This document shows positions 9,641 to 22,828 of a stretch of DNA of 32,151 nucleotides, piece after piece (position 1 is the stretch's first letter; each line of letters opens with the position of its first letter). The notes beneath the pieces are model-generated. The model worked only from the letters and a program-made list of their open reading frames with translations. It did no database searches and had not been told where the DNA came from. The translations under genes and the position numbers were made by a program. Source of the DNA: Ginkgo biloba (taxonomy: Eukaryota; Plantae; Ginkgophyta); the NCBI GenBank assembly GCA_024626585.2, contig JANKJI020000004.1:168445460-168477610 (forward strand), read 5' to 3'.

Positions 9641-11499
9641 GTCACAATCTTCACCTCAATCACAAAATTTCAACTATTACCTTAACCACCTTTATCATTG
9701 CAATGGCATTCTATTATTAACGACAAATGTGCGGCACATTTATGATCACAACAGATGATTGTCCTTAGCAGAAACGATGATATTGAAGCACATAATCACT
9801 CAAAATCCATCTCTCCTCTGTGTTGCTTGCAACCTAATTTTTACTTTGTTGATCACTATAACNNNNNNNNNNNNNNNNNNNNNNNNNNNNNNNNNNNNNN
9901 NNNNNNNNNNNNNNNNNNNNNNNNNNNNNNNNNNNNNNNNNNNNNNNNNNNNNNNNNNNNNNGGGAACCTACCTTATCGCTCTTGTATATTTCATGATTA
10001 TCATCTTTGTGATCGATCAACCACTCGACCACATCAAGGGAGCACCTAACAATGAGTGATTTTTTGTTATAACCCATCGCCATCTCCGTAGCCAAGGTTC
10101 CTCATAACTAGGTCATGTGCTTTACCTAGTAGACTAGTTGATTCTCTCCTAGTGGCCTAGATACTCATTCATTGTTACTCAGGTTCATCTCCCTCTAAAA
10201 ATCTGGCGAGGTCTTAGAAATGAAACAAAAAGTTGACTAACAACGGGTCTCAAGAGTCGAGCCCACCATCAACAATAAGTTTGTATATTCATGAGGATAT
10301 AGCATGCATTAATTGTAGAGAAAACATCATAAATGTAGTGCAAGGACATTGAGATAAAATATTTGGGGTACAATCCTCACTTATTACTTCATTTAATGAT
10401 GATACATAGTAATATATCTCAAGGGNNNNNNNNNNNNNNNNNNNNNNNNNNNNNNNNNNCTACACACTTATGCTCAACTTTCACATTTTGGAACTCATTT
10501 CTCTCTCTTATTTATACTTTATTTGGCCTCATAAATGCCAAATGACATAACCTTAATTTTAAACGTTGCAACCCTAAAGGTGTCACTTCATTTAATGCCA
10601 TGAAATACATCATTTAATATCCTCAATTATTATGCCCTAAATATCTTCATAAATGCTCCTTCGTTCCTACATTAGATGTGGATTATGTTGCCTCATTAAG
10701 TGTTATACTACACAACCAATCTGTACAAAACTATAAAAATAGGTGTATGGACATCTGTGTAGATTGTTTGTTCATGTCATACAAAGAGTCCATACAATGG
10801 CACAGATGCCTAGTGTTGGTATGTGTTAGATTTTGTCTAGGCTTTGTCTAGATTCTATTCAGATTGCATCTAGATTCCTTTAGAATTGATTTAGATTCCT
10901 TACCTACTATTGATGCCATTGTTTTGTTACAACCAAATCATAACTATTGATGTCATTGTTTTGTTACTACCACATCATTATTTTGTTGTTGTATCATGTT
11001 ATTAGCATATTACTATAGTCATTATTAGGGTGCATATGTCATGTTTTCACATCATGGATTAATGTCATGTCATCTTTTGATCATGTGTCATCACTCGAGC
11101 AAGATGAGCAAAAGCTTTTGAAGGTGCTTTTGTATTGGGCGAAAGTAACTGAGTATTAGCTCAACCCCTTAACCATGAACAATTTTGAGCCTCCTTTCAT
11201 ATGCAACTTCTATCAATACTTGAAGGAAAATATGGCATTGCCCTCATCATGATTGTTGTCAAGTTCGCTCTTGCCTTGTTAGGGGTAATGATTGGTCATC
11301 GTGAGTGATAAAGTGGATGTTACCTACTTGTTTTTTGTGCTTTTTAGATTTTTATGGTTTTCATCATTTTCAATTTTTTTTTTATGGATTTATAACTCTC
11401 TTTCATCTTTTTATGGATTTTAGTATAATTACTTGATTGCCACTACTACCATATTGTAGCATGCATATAATACAAGGACCTTGCTGCAAAGGTGATTTA

Positions 11500-13669
11500 T
11501 CCTAGTGCAACTTCATATGGGTCCCATTTACTAATTTAGCCACAATCTAGCATATAATTGCTAAAGTTGTATTGAGCCATTCTCATTCACATGTTGAATG
11601 ATGCAAGGCCCAAGACAATGCATCTTTAACTTGTCTAGGCTTCGTGTGGAACTTACTAGTGTATTATAACACTTTATCTCCTTTATAAAATATGGGGCCT
11701 TTTATGTGGTGATCATGCCATGCTTTCTATCTTAGTACTTCCACTTCCAATGTTCACAAAGCTAATTCGTGGCTCTCTTTTAAGTACAACAATTGTTGTA
11801 GGTGTTTTATAATGTATTATTCTTTGCCTCACCAACATTTTAGGGCAACTTGAAGGCTAGGAACCTCAAATTCAATAGGGATGATAACTTCTAACCCATA
11901 CACCAATTGCAATGGTGTCTTCCTAGTGGCACATTTTTGTGTAGTGGGAAACACCCACAGTATTGATTTATTCCTCTCCATTCAATCAATGCGTACAACG
12001 TTGCAAATCTTTGCAAGTGTTGCTTCTAAGATTTTCTTTGAACTCTTCACCTAACCATGACATCATGGGTGATAAGGTGTTGACTTGTAGTATGTGATCA
12101 TGAATTCTTTGGTGAAATCTTTTATGACATTAATAATAAAACCTTCTTTTTGATCACTAGTAAATTGCAATGAGCAAACANNNNNNNNNNNNNNNNNNNN
12201 NNNNNNNNNNNNNNNNNNNNNNNNNNNNNNNNNNNNNNNNNNNNNNNNNNNNNNNNNNNNNNNNNNNNNNNNNNNNNNNNTTAATAATAAAATCTTTTTC
12301 TTGATCACTAGTAAATTGCAATGAGCAAACAAAATGTGTGATGATCATCTCATATAGAAATTGCATAGTTGTTTTGGCATCCTATTCTCATTCTAGATGA
12401 GCTTCACCCTATTTGGTTATAAAATCAACAATGATGAAAATATATTGAGTGTGTGTTCATCTCATTGGTCCTACAAGATCAATCCCCCAATGCTGAAAAA
12501 GGGAGGTGGTTGGAATGGGGTGAAAAGCCATTTTAATATTGGGCTTTCCTACTCTTTGGCAAATGCCACATCTCTTTACCCAATGTTTTATGTCTTCAAA
12601 TAGTGTTGGTCAACATAGTCCAATATGTAGAATCTTTCTTGTTGTTACATCATTGGCCACATATTCTTCGATGTATTCTTTATGGGCTTAGTGAATTATA
12701 GTGGTAACTCCATGCAATACCACAGTAATGTTGTAAAATATGGTTAGGTCTTAATTGATACAAGGCTCCTTCAATGGGTTGATATGGAAGAACTTTTCAA
12801 GTGAGAATTTTTCTTTCCATGTTATCCATGCTTAGAGATGTTTGGCTTGTTGATAAATTCTCTGTGATGCCAACAAACCACTTGGAAATTATCTCTACAT
12901 GGAACAAAGTAGCATATGGAAAGTTCTCATGGACACTAATGACATCTTCACCAATTTCAATGGATAATAACTAGTCGGGAACTATGTGATTCTTCCTTGG
13001 TTTAACTATATTTTTTAAGCTAAATTCTTGGAACAACAACATCCATCAACTCATGTGTCTTTTGAACAAAGGCTTGTTTATTAGGTACTTTAATGCTTGA
13101 TGATCTATGTAGAAGTAGAATGGGCTAGATTGTAAATAATGCAAGAATTCTTAAATGGCATAGACCATGCTAAGCCCTTCTTGCTCCATCACTGTATAAC
13201 TTTGTTTTGGAGGAGGTAACTTTTGCAAGAGAAATAAAAAAGGTGATCAATATTTGCTTCTTTGGATTGAACTAACACACATCCAATAGCATGCAATGAG
13301 GCATCAACGTGGAGGTGGAATATTTTGTTCCAATTCGAGATATGTAGCATCAACATGTGAACAATCTTTTGCTTCAATGTCTTAAAGGCATCTTGTTGCT
13401 CATTGTTCCAAATTCATGCAATTCTTTTTTTCAATAATGCTTCAAGTGAATGAGATATAAATGCATAGCCTTTTATGAATTTACACTAATATCTAGTTCG
13501 GCTGAGGAACCCCTTTAGTTGCTTAGTTGTCTCCAAAATTGGGTACCATATAATTCACGGGGTCCGTCAAGAGACCTTCCTTGGTGACTACATGCCCTAA
13601 GAGATTGTTAAAGGGCACTAAGAATTGGCATTTTTTTTGGGTCAAGACATGAATTGATTTTTTGGCACG
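11500..13669 (-). mobile_element. Degenerate Ty3/gypsy pol: RT 3' part, RNase H, integrase
   Basis: The minus strand gives LDPKKCQF..LLGHVVTKEGLLTDP (RT), FHLHVDASLHAIGCVLVQ and FYIDHQALKYL (RNase H), and FTSDQ..FIINVIKDFTKEFMITYYKSTPYHP and KTPLQLVYGLEVIIPIEFEVPSL (integrase). The RT-RH-INT order is gypsy. Confidence 0.93.
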
Positions 13670-14007
13670 TGTTGGACGGGAATTCGACGGAAGTCGGATA
13701 AAGCCTAAATCGACACCGACGAAGCATCTGAAGGGAAGCAGGCCGACATTGACGGATCACCTGGTTATTCAGGAAGGCATCGACATGGGTCGGATCTCCG
13801 ACTCATGTCGGGAGAAGAACCATAGGCAGCACACCAACAATTGTCGTCGACATAGACAGAGGTAGACCTCCAACACCGACTGAAGACCTTGGCATCTGTT
13901 ACCGACCTGAGGGTCGGTTGTAACTTCCACGGTGGTTATGTAACCGTCTGCACCTTGTATATATACATGTTATAAGACATAGATGAATAATAGAGAATTA
14001 GAGATTA
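13670..14007 (+). mobile_element. LTR-like insertion starting with TG, interrupting the gypsy RT
   Basis: RT homology stops at 13669 and TGTTGGACGGG begins. The segment is CpG-rich, has a TATA-like tgtatatata (~13957), then runs into a gap. Confidence 0.65.
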
Positions 14008-14149
14008 NNNNNNNNNNNNNNNNNNNNNNNNNNNNNNNNNNNNNNNNNNNNNNNNNNNNNNNNNNNNNNNNNNNNNNNNNNNNNNNNNNNNNNNNNNNNN
14101 NNNNNNNATATTGTTTTCATATTTTTGACCACATGAATAATTATTTGTA

Positions 14150-15050
14150 GCTATTTTGGTTCCTAGCACTAGAGAAGTGTAGATAATGATATGCTTAGAT
14201 TTAAGTCATTCACAAATTGTTTGAGAATCTCTAACTTTTTCACATTCACCAATATAGTTGATCTCAATATTATAGTTGGATTCATGGTAACTTTTGTAGG
14301 AATTATTATTGGTATTTTAGGTTTGGTGCATGACACAACAATCTATGAGTGTTGGTTATTCCTTTAGTAGATGTTTGCACACATATGATTTTTTGATCTG
14401 TTGTTTACTTTTCATATGTTCAATATCTTGTCGAACCTTCTCATCTTATAGCCTCCTTACTTCTTCAATTAGTCATTGTGCCTCTTCTTATTTTGTTTTT
14501 ACCTCACATTCTATGGCCACCAATGCTTCCTTTTTGACAATAAAGCGATCTTTTTCCTTTTTTTGGAATAGGGAAAATAATGTCTATTACAGTTGCATTC
14601 TTAGTCTTCTTACCACTTCCTAGTGCATATGGTAAGATCATAGTTTTGATTTGCTAAGCCCTTGGTGTCAAATGCCTTATTAATCATTTTCATTCCTTTA
14701 TTTTTCTTCAAGGAATTCTCTATGGTAAAGTTCCTAGATTACCACCTATGAATGATGGCATACGCAATGAAATTAAGATGGGTGTGGTCCCCTAAGTGTG
14801 GAGAAGAATCTTCATTTAATTTCTTCCTCATCTGTCAAGTGGCATAAAGTAGTGGTATTGAAGAACATGGCCCAAATGATTGGATGGGTTTACATGAGTA
14901 TTGAATATCAAATGCAACAATGAGTTATTAGTTTGAATAATCATAGGTGATACTTAGTTCTAAATTCATAGTCATTGTATCCACAAAAGCTATTATTTCC
15001 ATCATTGCAATTGCATTTACATGCATTTCACACCAAGTATTATGTATATT
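14150..15050 (-). mobile_element. Probable highly decayed retrotransposon gag-region remnant
   Basis: The minus strand is purine-rich with E/K-rich helical translation fragments and many stops. It lies upstream of the gypsy pol on the same strand. No diagnostic motif. Confidence 0.3.
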
Positions 15051-16379
15051 TATATATAATAATCATATAACTCACTCCTGATCCACACAATAACCTAAGG
15101 ATCTACTCCTAATGGGAATAATAATTTTTCAAGTGGCCATTTATAGAAATAATGGATGTTTCACCTTCTATTCACCATAGTCATTATTCATTTATAAGAA
15201 AAAGCCTCATAACTTTCCAACTAATTATATCTCTTCCAAGTAGGATCCTTTTGGGAATAAGCCTTAAGGATAATGACTTATAAATTCTATTGGATCTAAT
15301 ATAACCATATATNNNNNNNNNNNNNNNNNNNNNNNNNNNNNNNNNNNNNNNNNNNNNNNNNNNNNNNNNNNNNNNNNNNNNNNNNNNNNNNNNNNNNNNN
15401 NNNNNNNNNNNNTAAAATTGCTTGGGTTATGCACTAATTAGTGTGCTACTAAAAAAAGTCAAATGTTCCTAATATAGTATATATTATATTCATAATTATA
15501 AACCATGTGATTACTTTGATGTAAACCTTGTAGTTTGAGGTTTGGTTATAGAACCTCTCTCATGTTCAGAAGTGTATGTTTGGTCATGATAGCTACATAA
15601 GGATCAATTTAGGGAATGATATATACTCCTAGAAGTTGTATAAAATTTAAATGTCTATAATGGTTATCTATTTATGTTGTATGTGGGATATGTTCTTTCT
15701 TAAATTTAATCGACTCTTGACTGTCAATGTCACATCTTTTTCCCTATATGACATGCCTTTGTCCTATCGTGCCACAAATTTTCATAAAGGTTGTGCTACA
15801 TGTTTTTCTAAACATTGTGTTGTACCTTTCTCTAGCCACTATGAGTTTTTCCTGTGGTTTCATGCCTTTTTATGAAAACCAAAAGGACTTAAAATTAAGT
15901 TGTAGTTGCACACTTAGTCAGATATGTGGCACAATGTCAAGTACCTACAAGTGTAGAGAATATAAAATATTGATATGGATAAAGAATATAAGTGAATTTG
16001 TATTGATAATATCTCTATTTTATATCCAAGAGAATATATTTTACAAGTACAAAGTTTACCTTACACTATTGGGTCACTATAAAATTATTTGCTTTGTTCA
16101 ACCACCAAATATCATAAGATTTAGGGTGTGAAAATTTAATAAGATNNNNNNNNNNNNNNNNNNNNNNNNNNNNNNNNNNNNNNNNNNNNNNNNNNNNNNN
16201 NNNNNNNNNNNGCTATCTGTTGCTTGATCTAGATCCTCGTATGAAATAACTCCCTTTATTTCTTATTAGATTTTGATTGGATTTTGTTTACCATCAAAAT
16301 ACATGTAGGATATATATTATAATCACTATGTATGTCCACCAGGTATCATTTTATGTTTGTATTCTTAGTTATCCTAGAT

Positions 16380-16730
16380 AGTAAATCTCTTGGTATTCTT
16401 CTTTGAGTAATAATTCTCATCAAAATATCCCTTGACCTCACAATGGATATAATAGGCTTTGGGATCATTCCTCTCAACCATTTGGTTTTGTTTTTAATGC
16501 TATTAGGATATGTGTTACTCTCCTATTTGGTATCCTCCTTTGGTATGTGCTTGGTTTTGGTCTTTGCCTTTATTTTGAGTGTAAAGTTGCAAGCCTTCTC
16601 CAAAGTAAGTATTTGAAACTAATTCAAGCTCCTATTAAATCATGGTATAAATCCCTTATACAAATCTTAATACCATCTTATCCTCATATTCCTAGATATT
16701 GAGTTTGATTACCATCTTATGGAACACAAT
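16380..16730 (-). mobile_element. Degenerate gypsy gag C-terminal fragment with eroded zinc knuckle
   Basis: The minus strand reads VFHKMVIKLNI*EYEDKMVLRFV*GIYTMI..ELEL/FQILTLEKACNF and YIHCEVKGYFDEN (CxxCxxxGH remnant). It is similar to the gag at 9575-9640. Confidence 0.65.
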
Positions 16731-16830
16731 NNNNNNNNNNNNNNNNNNNNNNNNNNNNNNNNNNNNNNNNNNNNNNNNNNNNNNNNNNNNNNNNNNNNNN
16801 NNNNNNNNNNNNNNNNNNNNNNNNNNNNNN

Positions 16831-17870
16831 TAACACAGGAAAAGTCTAGGATGAACCATCCTAGAAAATTAATCTTTTCAAAGAAAGATTGAATCCCTTT
16901 ATTTCTAGTTGGTAATGGAATCTATTTAATGGATATGATCCTAACGAGGTTGATGTATGTTCCTTCTTTGGAAATAATATGTCCAAGCATCTTTCCTTGA
17001 GTTACTCCAAAGACTAATTTCTTTGGGTTCAGGGAGATGCCACATTCTTTATACATATAAAAACCCTACTTTAAATGCATCCCATGATCATGGAAATTCT
17101 TAGAGAAAATGGTGAGGTCATTCAGGTATACCACCACTTTTCTCCTTATCAACTCTTTGAAAGCTAAATCAATTGCCCTCTAAAAAGTAGCACTCGCATT
17201 GATCAGACTGAATGGCATCCACTTGTAGGTGAAAGTTCCTCAAATAGTGATGAGGGTGGTATTATGTTTGTCTTCCTCCACAACCAGGATTTAATTGTAT
17301 CCTAAGAAGCCATCCAATAGAGATATCTTATATGATCTAGTCATAGACTATAATAATTTTTCTATCCAAGGCAAAGTATAATTATCCTTTAGGGATTCTT
17401 TGTTCAAATTTATATAATTAATAGAAAGCCTTATATATCCATTTTTTTTCTAATTGGGACCATATTTTCCACCCAAGAAGAATGTCATATGGTAAAAATA
17501 ATCTCTCATAGATATTTTGGATCTCATGCCACATTATATCTTTGTTCTTGGGATTGATAGCCATTTTATTTTGTCTAAAAGGATTTGTACCAGATTTAAA
17601 GGGAATGCTATGTTGGATAACATTGGGATTGAACACTCTTAGTCCATCAGAGTCCTAAAGATAAGATGTCAACATTATTCTTTCTTAAAAAAAAAAAAAA
17701 ATTTACACTTCTTCTTCTTTGGTGCAACATTCTCCCAGGAGGATAATCTTTAGGTAGGATTTTTCTCTTAGATTGTGTTGCTTGAAATTTTGGATAACAC
17801 ACTTGGAGGATTCATTTTGAGAAGGTCCTAGTTTATAAGAGTCATGAGTATTGAACAAATATTTAAGCAA
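16831..17870 (-). mobile_element. Degenerate Ty3/gypsy reverse transcriptase
   Basis: The minus strand reads IILLGECCTKEEE..FNPNVIQHSIP..WVENMVPIRKK..LNKESLKDNYTLP..SLLDGFLGYN*I..GTFTYKWMPFSLINASATF*RAIDLAF..VVVYLNDLTIFS (YLDD changed to YLND)..LNPKKLVFGVTQGKMLGHIISKEG. Confidence 0.95.
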
Positions 17871-17874
17871 AATT

Positions 17875-18044
17875 AAAATATTTAGGATGGCACAACAGTT
17901 GGGACTTTCTTTGGATGATGCACAGCGCGTCCAGCTCAAGAAGATACACCAATTGGACAAATTTTGGCAAGAAGTAGCGCAGCGGATGAAGTTGGTTCAA
18001 GAACAGAGAAAACAATGGCATGATAAGCACCTGCGAATCAAGGA
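17875..18044 (+). mobile_element. Ty3/gypsy integrase C-terminal fragment
   Basis: FRMAQQLGLSLDDAQRVQLKKIHQLDKFWQEVAQRMKLVQEQRKQWHDKHLRIK matches the post-core integrase helix with the QRKxWHD motif. It corresponds to ~11700-11870 on the minus strand. Confidence 0.8.
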
Positions 18045-20423
18045 NNNNNNNNNNNNNNNNNNNNNNNNNNNNNNNNNNNNNNNNNNNNNNNNNNNNNNNN
18101 NNNNNNNNNNNNNNNNNNNNNNNNNNNNNNNNNNNNNNNNNNNNTTGTGATTGTTCTTATTTATTTTATGGTTGTGTCATGATCCTTGGCCTTCATGAAT
18201 TTTAATATGGTATTAGATCCTAGAATACTTATGATTCTAGCTCGGTATGTGGTCAGTTTTTAAGTTTGGATCTGGTGTGTTTTGGGTTTTCGGTGTTTAA
18301 ACCTATAAGATGCATGTTTTAGGGTTATTTCCTAGTTGTAGTTGGTTTATTTTTTATGAAAACCCTATGGTGTTCCTAACCTAAGTTATGAACAATTTTT
18401 TGTAGCTTAACAATTATTTTATATGTTCATAACTTATTCTTCAGAGGTTGTATAGTATAGCATTTTAAGTTTGCCTCTATGTTAAAATCCCTATGAATTT
18501 GATGTTAATTTTAGTGATGTGTTGAATATTTTGTGACTAGGTTAAATATTTATGGTTGATACATTTTAAACCCTATGTAAATTGTTATGGTTTTGGCCAT
18601 GTGGAAGAGGGTGACTTTATGTGACTAGAGATATAGATCGATCTTTATGAAGGTGCATATTTATTGGTAAATGGTAGCCTGTGCAAGTTGAAAATCCTTG
18701 CAACTTTGATGTGTGCAATAGACTTATGAGAGATAATCAAGCAAGTGGTGGCTATTAGAAGATTTGGGAACCTCTAATCAAGAAGAACATCAAGCTAAGG
18801 CGATGTAGAGATAGTCTTCCATGGAGTGGATGGTGAGAAGGAACAGATTGTGATAGTGTGGGTAGTTCAAAAGATCTAGTTTATAGTAGGTACATTTGAT
18901 GGAGAAGCATGTAGAAGGTTTGTTGTAGGTGTTGTAATCACAGGGAGTAGAAAGAAGATGTAAAGGGTCGCCACGAGCCTCACATGATGTTGTGGAGAAA
19001 ATAACAAATTATAGTAAGATACGACCATGTATGAAGATGTTGAAGATGATCTGATTGAGCCATGGTGAATCTATAACAAATTCAAAACTTGATCGGCATT
19101 GGAGCATACGAATCGACCGCGGTTTAGCAAGAAATTAAATTGACAAAGATTAATAGTCGAGCAGTGGTGGCAAAGAAGACACAATGAAATGTTTTCAAAA
19201 TTTTAGGTTTTGAATGTTTATAAAGAAATCAAATTGGATTTAAAACCTATTTGAGGTCCGTCACCATTACCCCCTAAAATTAATACATGGTCATATGGTT
19301 TTAAAGGTTAATTGGTATTAAACAATATAAAAGTCCCTCGGATGTGTAAATTGTTAGTCACATGGATGTATACGAATGTAATTGACTGATGATAGGGTTT
19401 GNNNNNNNNNNNNNNNNNNNNNNNNNNNNNNNNNNNNNNNNNNNNNNNNNNNNNNNNNNNNNNNNNNNNNNNNNNNNNNNNNNNNNNNNNNNNNNNNNNN
19501 NATATTTTATATCAATAAATAATAATATTACTCATTATTTTTGTAAGTTCTGTGCAACTAAGGCCATATGATGCACTTCAATTGCCAAATCTAATTAATT
19601 TGATAAAGCCATTTACTATGCATGGATTAACTATTTTAAGTTGATTGGCTAATATAAGATGGTAATATAAAATAGTATATCTTAAATTAGATTTAGATTT
19701 CCTAAGTTTAAACTTAGAGTTTACTTTAAATAATTATATTGAGAGCATTCTCATGTATTGTGAATAGAGTTGTAAATTCAAGAAGGGATTCTTGGAATTT
19801 GAATAATAGAATTCATATTCTNNNNNNNNNNNNNNNNNNNNNNNNNNNNNNNNNNNNNNNNNNNNNNNNNNNNNNNNNNNNNNNNNNNNNNNNNNNNNNN
19901 NNNNNNNNNNNCTTTCTCGTTGGCCTCACATCAGTGGCCTAAGAACAACTGCCCATAGCTCTATTTTTTCTTAAGAGAATGACTAGCTCTAATCCCTAAT
20001 AAGGACACCAAAAAATTATTACAATTACTATGTTCACTGTCTCATCATTTAATTTTGAAAACTCAAGTTTGGAATTTAAATAGTGGTAAGAAAGATATAA
20101 TTTCTTCTACTATTACTATAGAACTAGTTGAAATAGAAAGAAATAACCAGATACAAAAGAAAATAAATAAATCTATAAAAGAAAATATGAACAAAAGAAT
20201 CTAACTATGAGGCGACAAGCTTGGTGTTAAATGGGGATCTTTTTGTCCAGTGCTCATCATCAAAGTCTACTAAGATGCCTTAGATGATCTTCCTTGGAGG
20301 TAAAGATTGCCTAATTTATTATTCAAAAATATGGTTCTTATAAAAGAGGCAACCAACAATTGTCAATGACTAACTACTTTATTATCCTTAACTAATGAAG
20401 GTACATTTGGATTATAAGAATTG

Positions 20424-20600
20424 TCTACCTTCAACAATTTATGAGGGTAGCTCTACCCTCAACTTAACATGAGGCCAGTTCTACCCTCACCTAAATGTGT
20501 AGTCCTACCCTCATATTAGGAGGTAGCTTGAACTTAAAGTAATCACATACAAAACTGGGCAAATCTACCCTTACAAATACCTGAGAGTAGGTTTTACTCA
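20424..20600. repeat. Cluster of short direct and inverted repeats (CTACCCTCA / TGAGGGTAG)
   Basis: Five CTACC(C/T)T(C/T)A copies, the first four at ~25-29-bp spacing, are interleaved with reverse-complement copies (tgagggtag, tgaggccag, ggaggtag, tgagagtag). Confidence 0.7.
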
Positions 20601-21589
20601 CAAGAAATAAAGCGATCATATTAAGCCCATAATTCCATTACATCAAGGTTTTCCATAGAGAAAGATTATTATAATTGAGCTCTAATTCAACCTAAAAATG
20701 GAACAAGAAGGAACCCATTGTTTCTTCCCCCACTTCATCTTCAATTCCTCTTTGAAGTTTCAACAACTTATTTCTTCTTTTCCTAGGGGTTGTCTTGCAT
20801 TTGTTCTTCTCCTAGTTCTTTGTCCTTCAATTCAGCATCTTGTTGTAGGCTAGGCCCAAACTAATTGGAACTTGGTAAGCCTTTTGGGAGGTCCTTCATC
20901 TATCGATTGGCCTCCTCTTTTTGTAATTGTTGTGTTTTAGCCCACTACGTCTGAGTGGAATGGATCATTCTAAGGTCATTTTGGATTTAGAAAATAAATC
21001 CTTCATACTCTATCATAGGGGAAGGAAGACATCTTCATGGCTTCTTATCTAATACCCTTCTTAAGTCATCCCACCTAAATAAAAATGGAATCAATAAAGG
21101 GTGAGGATAATAATCCATCCCTAGCCATAGACTCCTCATTTCCTTTAGATGTTGATATACTCACTATCCTCTTTTGATTACTAAATGATAAGTAAGTATG
21201 CTATAAGGCTCTTTGCACTTTCACTCAGATGGGAGTGACCTCACCCAATAAATTACATCCAACCTGGTTTCATCTACCACTAACAATAAACCTNNNNNNN
21301 NNNNNNNNNNNNNNNNNNNNNNNNNNNNNNNNNNNNNNNNNNNNNNNNNNNNNNNNNNNNNNNNNNNNNNNNNNNNNNNNNNNNNNNNNNNNNAATGTAT
21401 TCAATATCATTGTATATTTGTTGTCATAAGATGTTGGAGATGGAAAACTATACCTTCCTCGGTACTTTATTATAGTCTGTGATTTTTGCAACTGAAAAAT
21501 AAATTGTATTATCATATTTTATACTATCATAGGAGACTATTATTCAACTATCCATGTCTTTGATAACCAAACATCATATTTGCATAAAA

Positions 21590-21845
21590 CCAATAGTAGT
21601 TACTGATGTGCATTATTCCGCATTATAGATGCCTTACAAAAGTTCTTACATAGAGTTTGAAAATCTTTTTAGATCCTTCCTTTGGGTCTTTGAAAAAGGA
21701 AAGAAAAGCTTCCACAAGGTTAAGTAAAAAATGTGTAGCACCCATAAAGAAATATACAAGGATAGGTATTATCAATATTAAAAAATAAGGTGTTACCTTC
21801 TATGCTAGATGAATTATTAAAGTATTAAAGGGTGATCCAAGGTCA
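21590..21845 (+). mobile_element. Degenerate L1-type LINE ORF2 fragment
   Basis: Reads ..FRSFLWVFEKGKKSFHKVK*KMCSTHKE..IGIINIKK*GVTFYAR*IIKVLKGDP, homologous to the segment at ~420-670. Confidence 0.7.
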
Positions 21846-22828
21846 ATAATGTGTATAGTAAAAACAATTTTAGAATTGTTAAATTTTGGCATTCATAAGT
21901 TGTAATTACATATAAAAGATTACTTTTATCACATAAAAGAAAATGACATGTATTGCAGAGCTTTGGATCAATATATAAAATTATGTCAACAAATTATGAT
22001 CTTAAAAAATTAACATGAGAATGCTTCTTCTAATTAAAAAATATTGAAATAGTTTACATATATAAGACCCCATTTTGGCACCTTTTGTTGTAGCACGAAA
22101 TACCTTTGTATTCCAAATCATGTGGAAATACTTAAGTCTTATAAAAATCTCTTCTAATGGAGAGAAAAAATCCCAAGGAAAGTATCATTAATCAATGACA
22201 GTCCATTTGACAGTGTTTAATGTTTTCTTAAACAGAGTTCTATTAACCAACATTTCCTATAATAATTATAAGGAATCTTTTAAATGGACATTCCATCATA
22301 ATAATTGTTGCCCCCGTGAAGTTTCAAATGTACTTATGTCACACTTAAGATAAATAAAGAGATTAGGTGGGAGAAAAAAGGTGAATATAAGATGAGACAT
22401 CATAATAGAAATGTGACCAATTTTTGCATCTTAAATCATCATCCTTCACTTCTATTATCATGTCATGAGGGAGAGGACCTTGGGCATAAGATTATATTGA
22501 TTTGATTAGATTAAAAATCAAGTCAATTAATATATTTTTCAGATAATTTCAAAAGAAAACATAGATCCAAGTGTCAAGTTGGCAAAGGCCTTGGGGCTTA
22601 AAATTTCATCCACATTAAAAAGCTAGGAAAATGTACTGACCACATACCAAAATTTCCACAAGGAAATATACAGTGCCTTCAGTAAAGACCAAAATACATG
22701 TGACCTCCTCCTCTGTGTTTTACAAGCATTTGAGTTTCTTTCTCATTAAAAAAAAATTCTTGAATAGAACACAGAGATGCTCATACTTGGCATTGAAATG
22801 CTCTGGACAGAAATACGGTAGCAAAAAC

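Noticed and set aside
15651-16131. ORFs of 74 and 134 aa
   Set aside because: AT-rich, low-complexity hydrophobic translations without motifs; likely chance ORFs.
17686-17701. A-run as a LINE/SINE poly(A) tail
   Set aside because: It lies within continuous minus-strand gypsy pre-RT coding homology, so it is an expanded homopolymer.
22673-22828. N-terminal extension of the GDSL ORF in the ORF track
   Set aside because: It begins at a non-ATG codon. ATG 22829 has good context (aaaacATGG) and is followed by a signal peptide.
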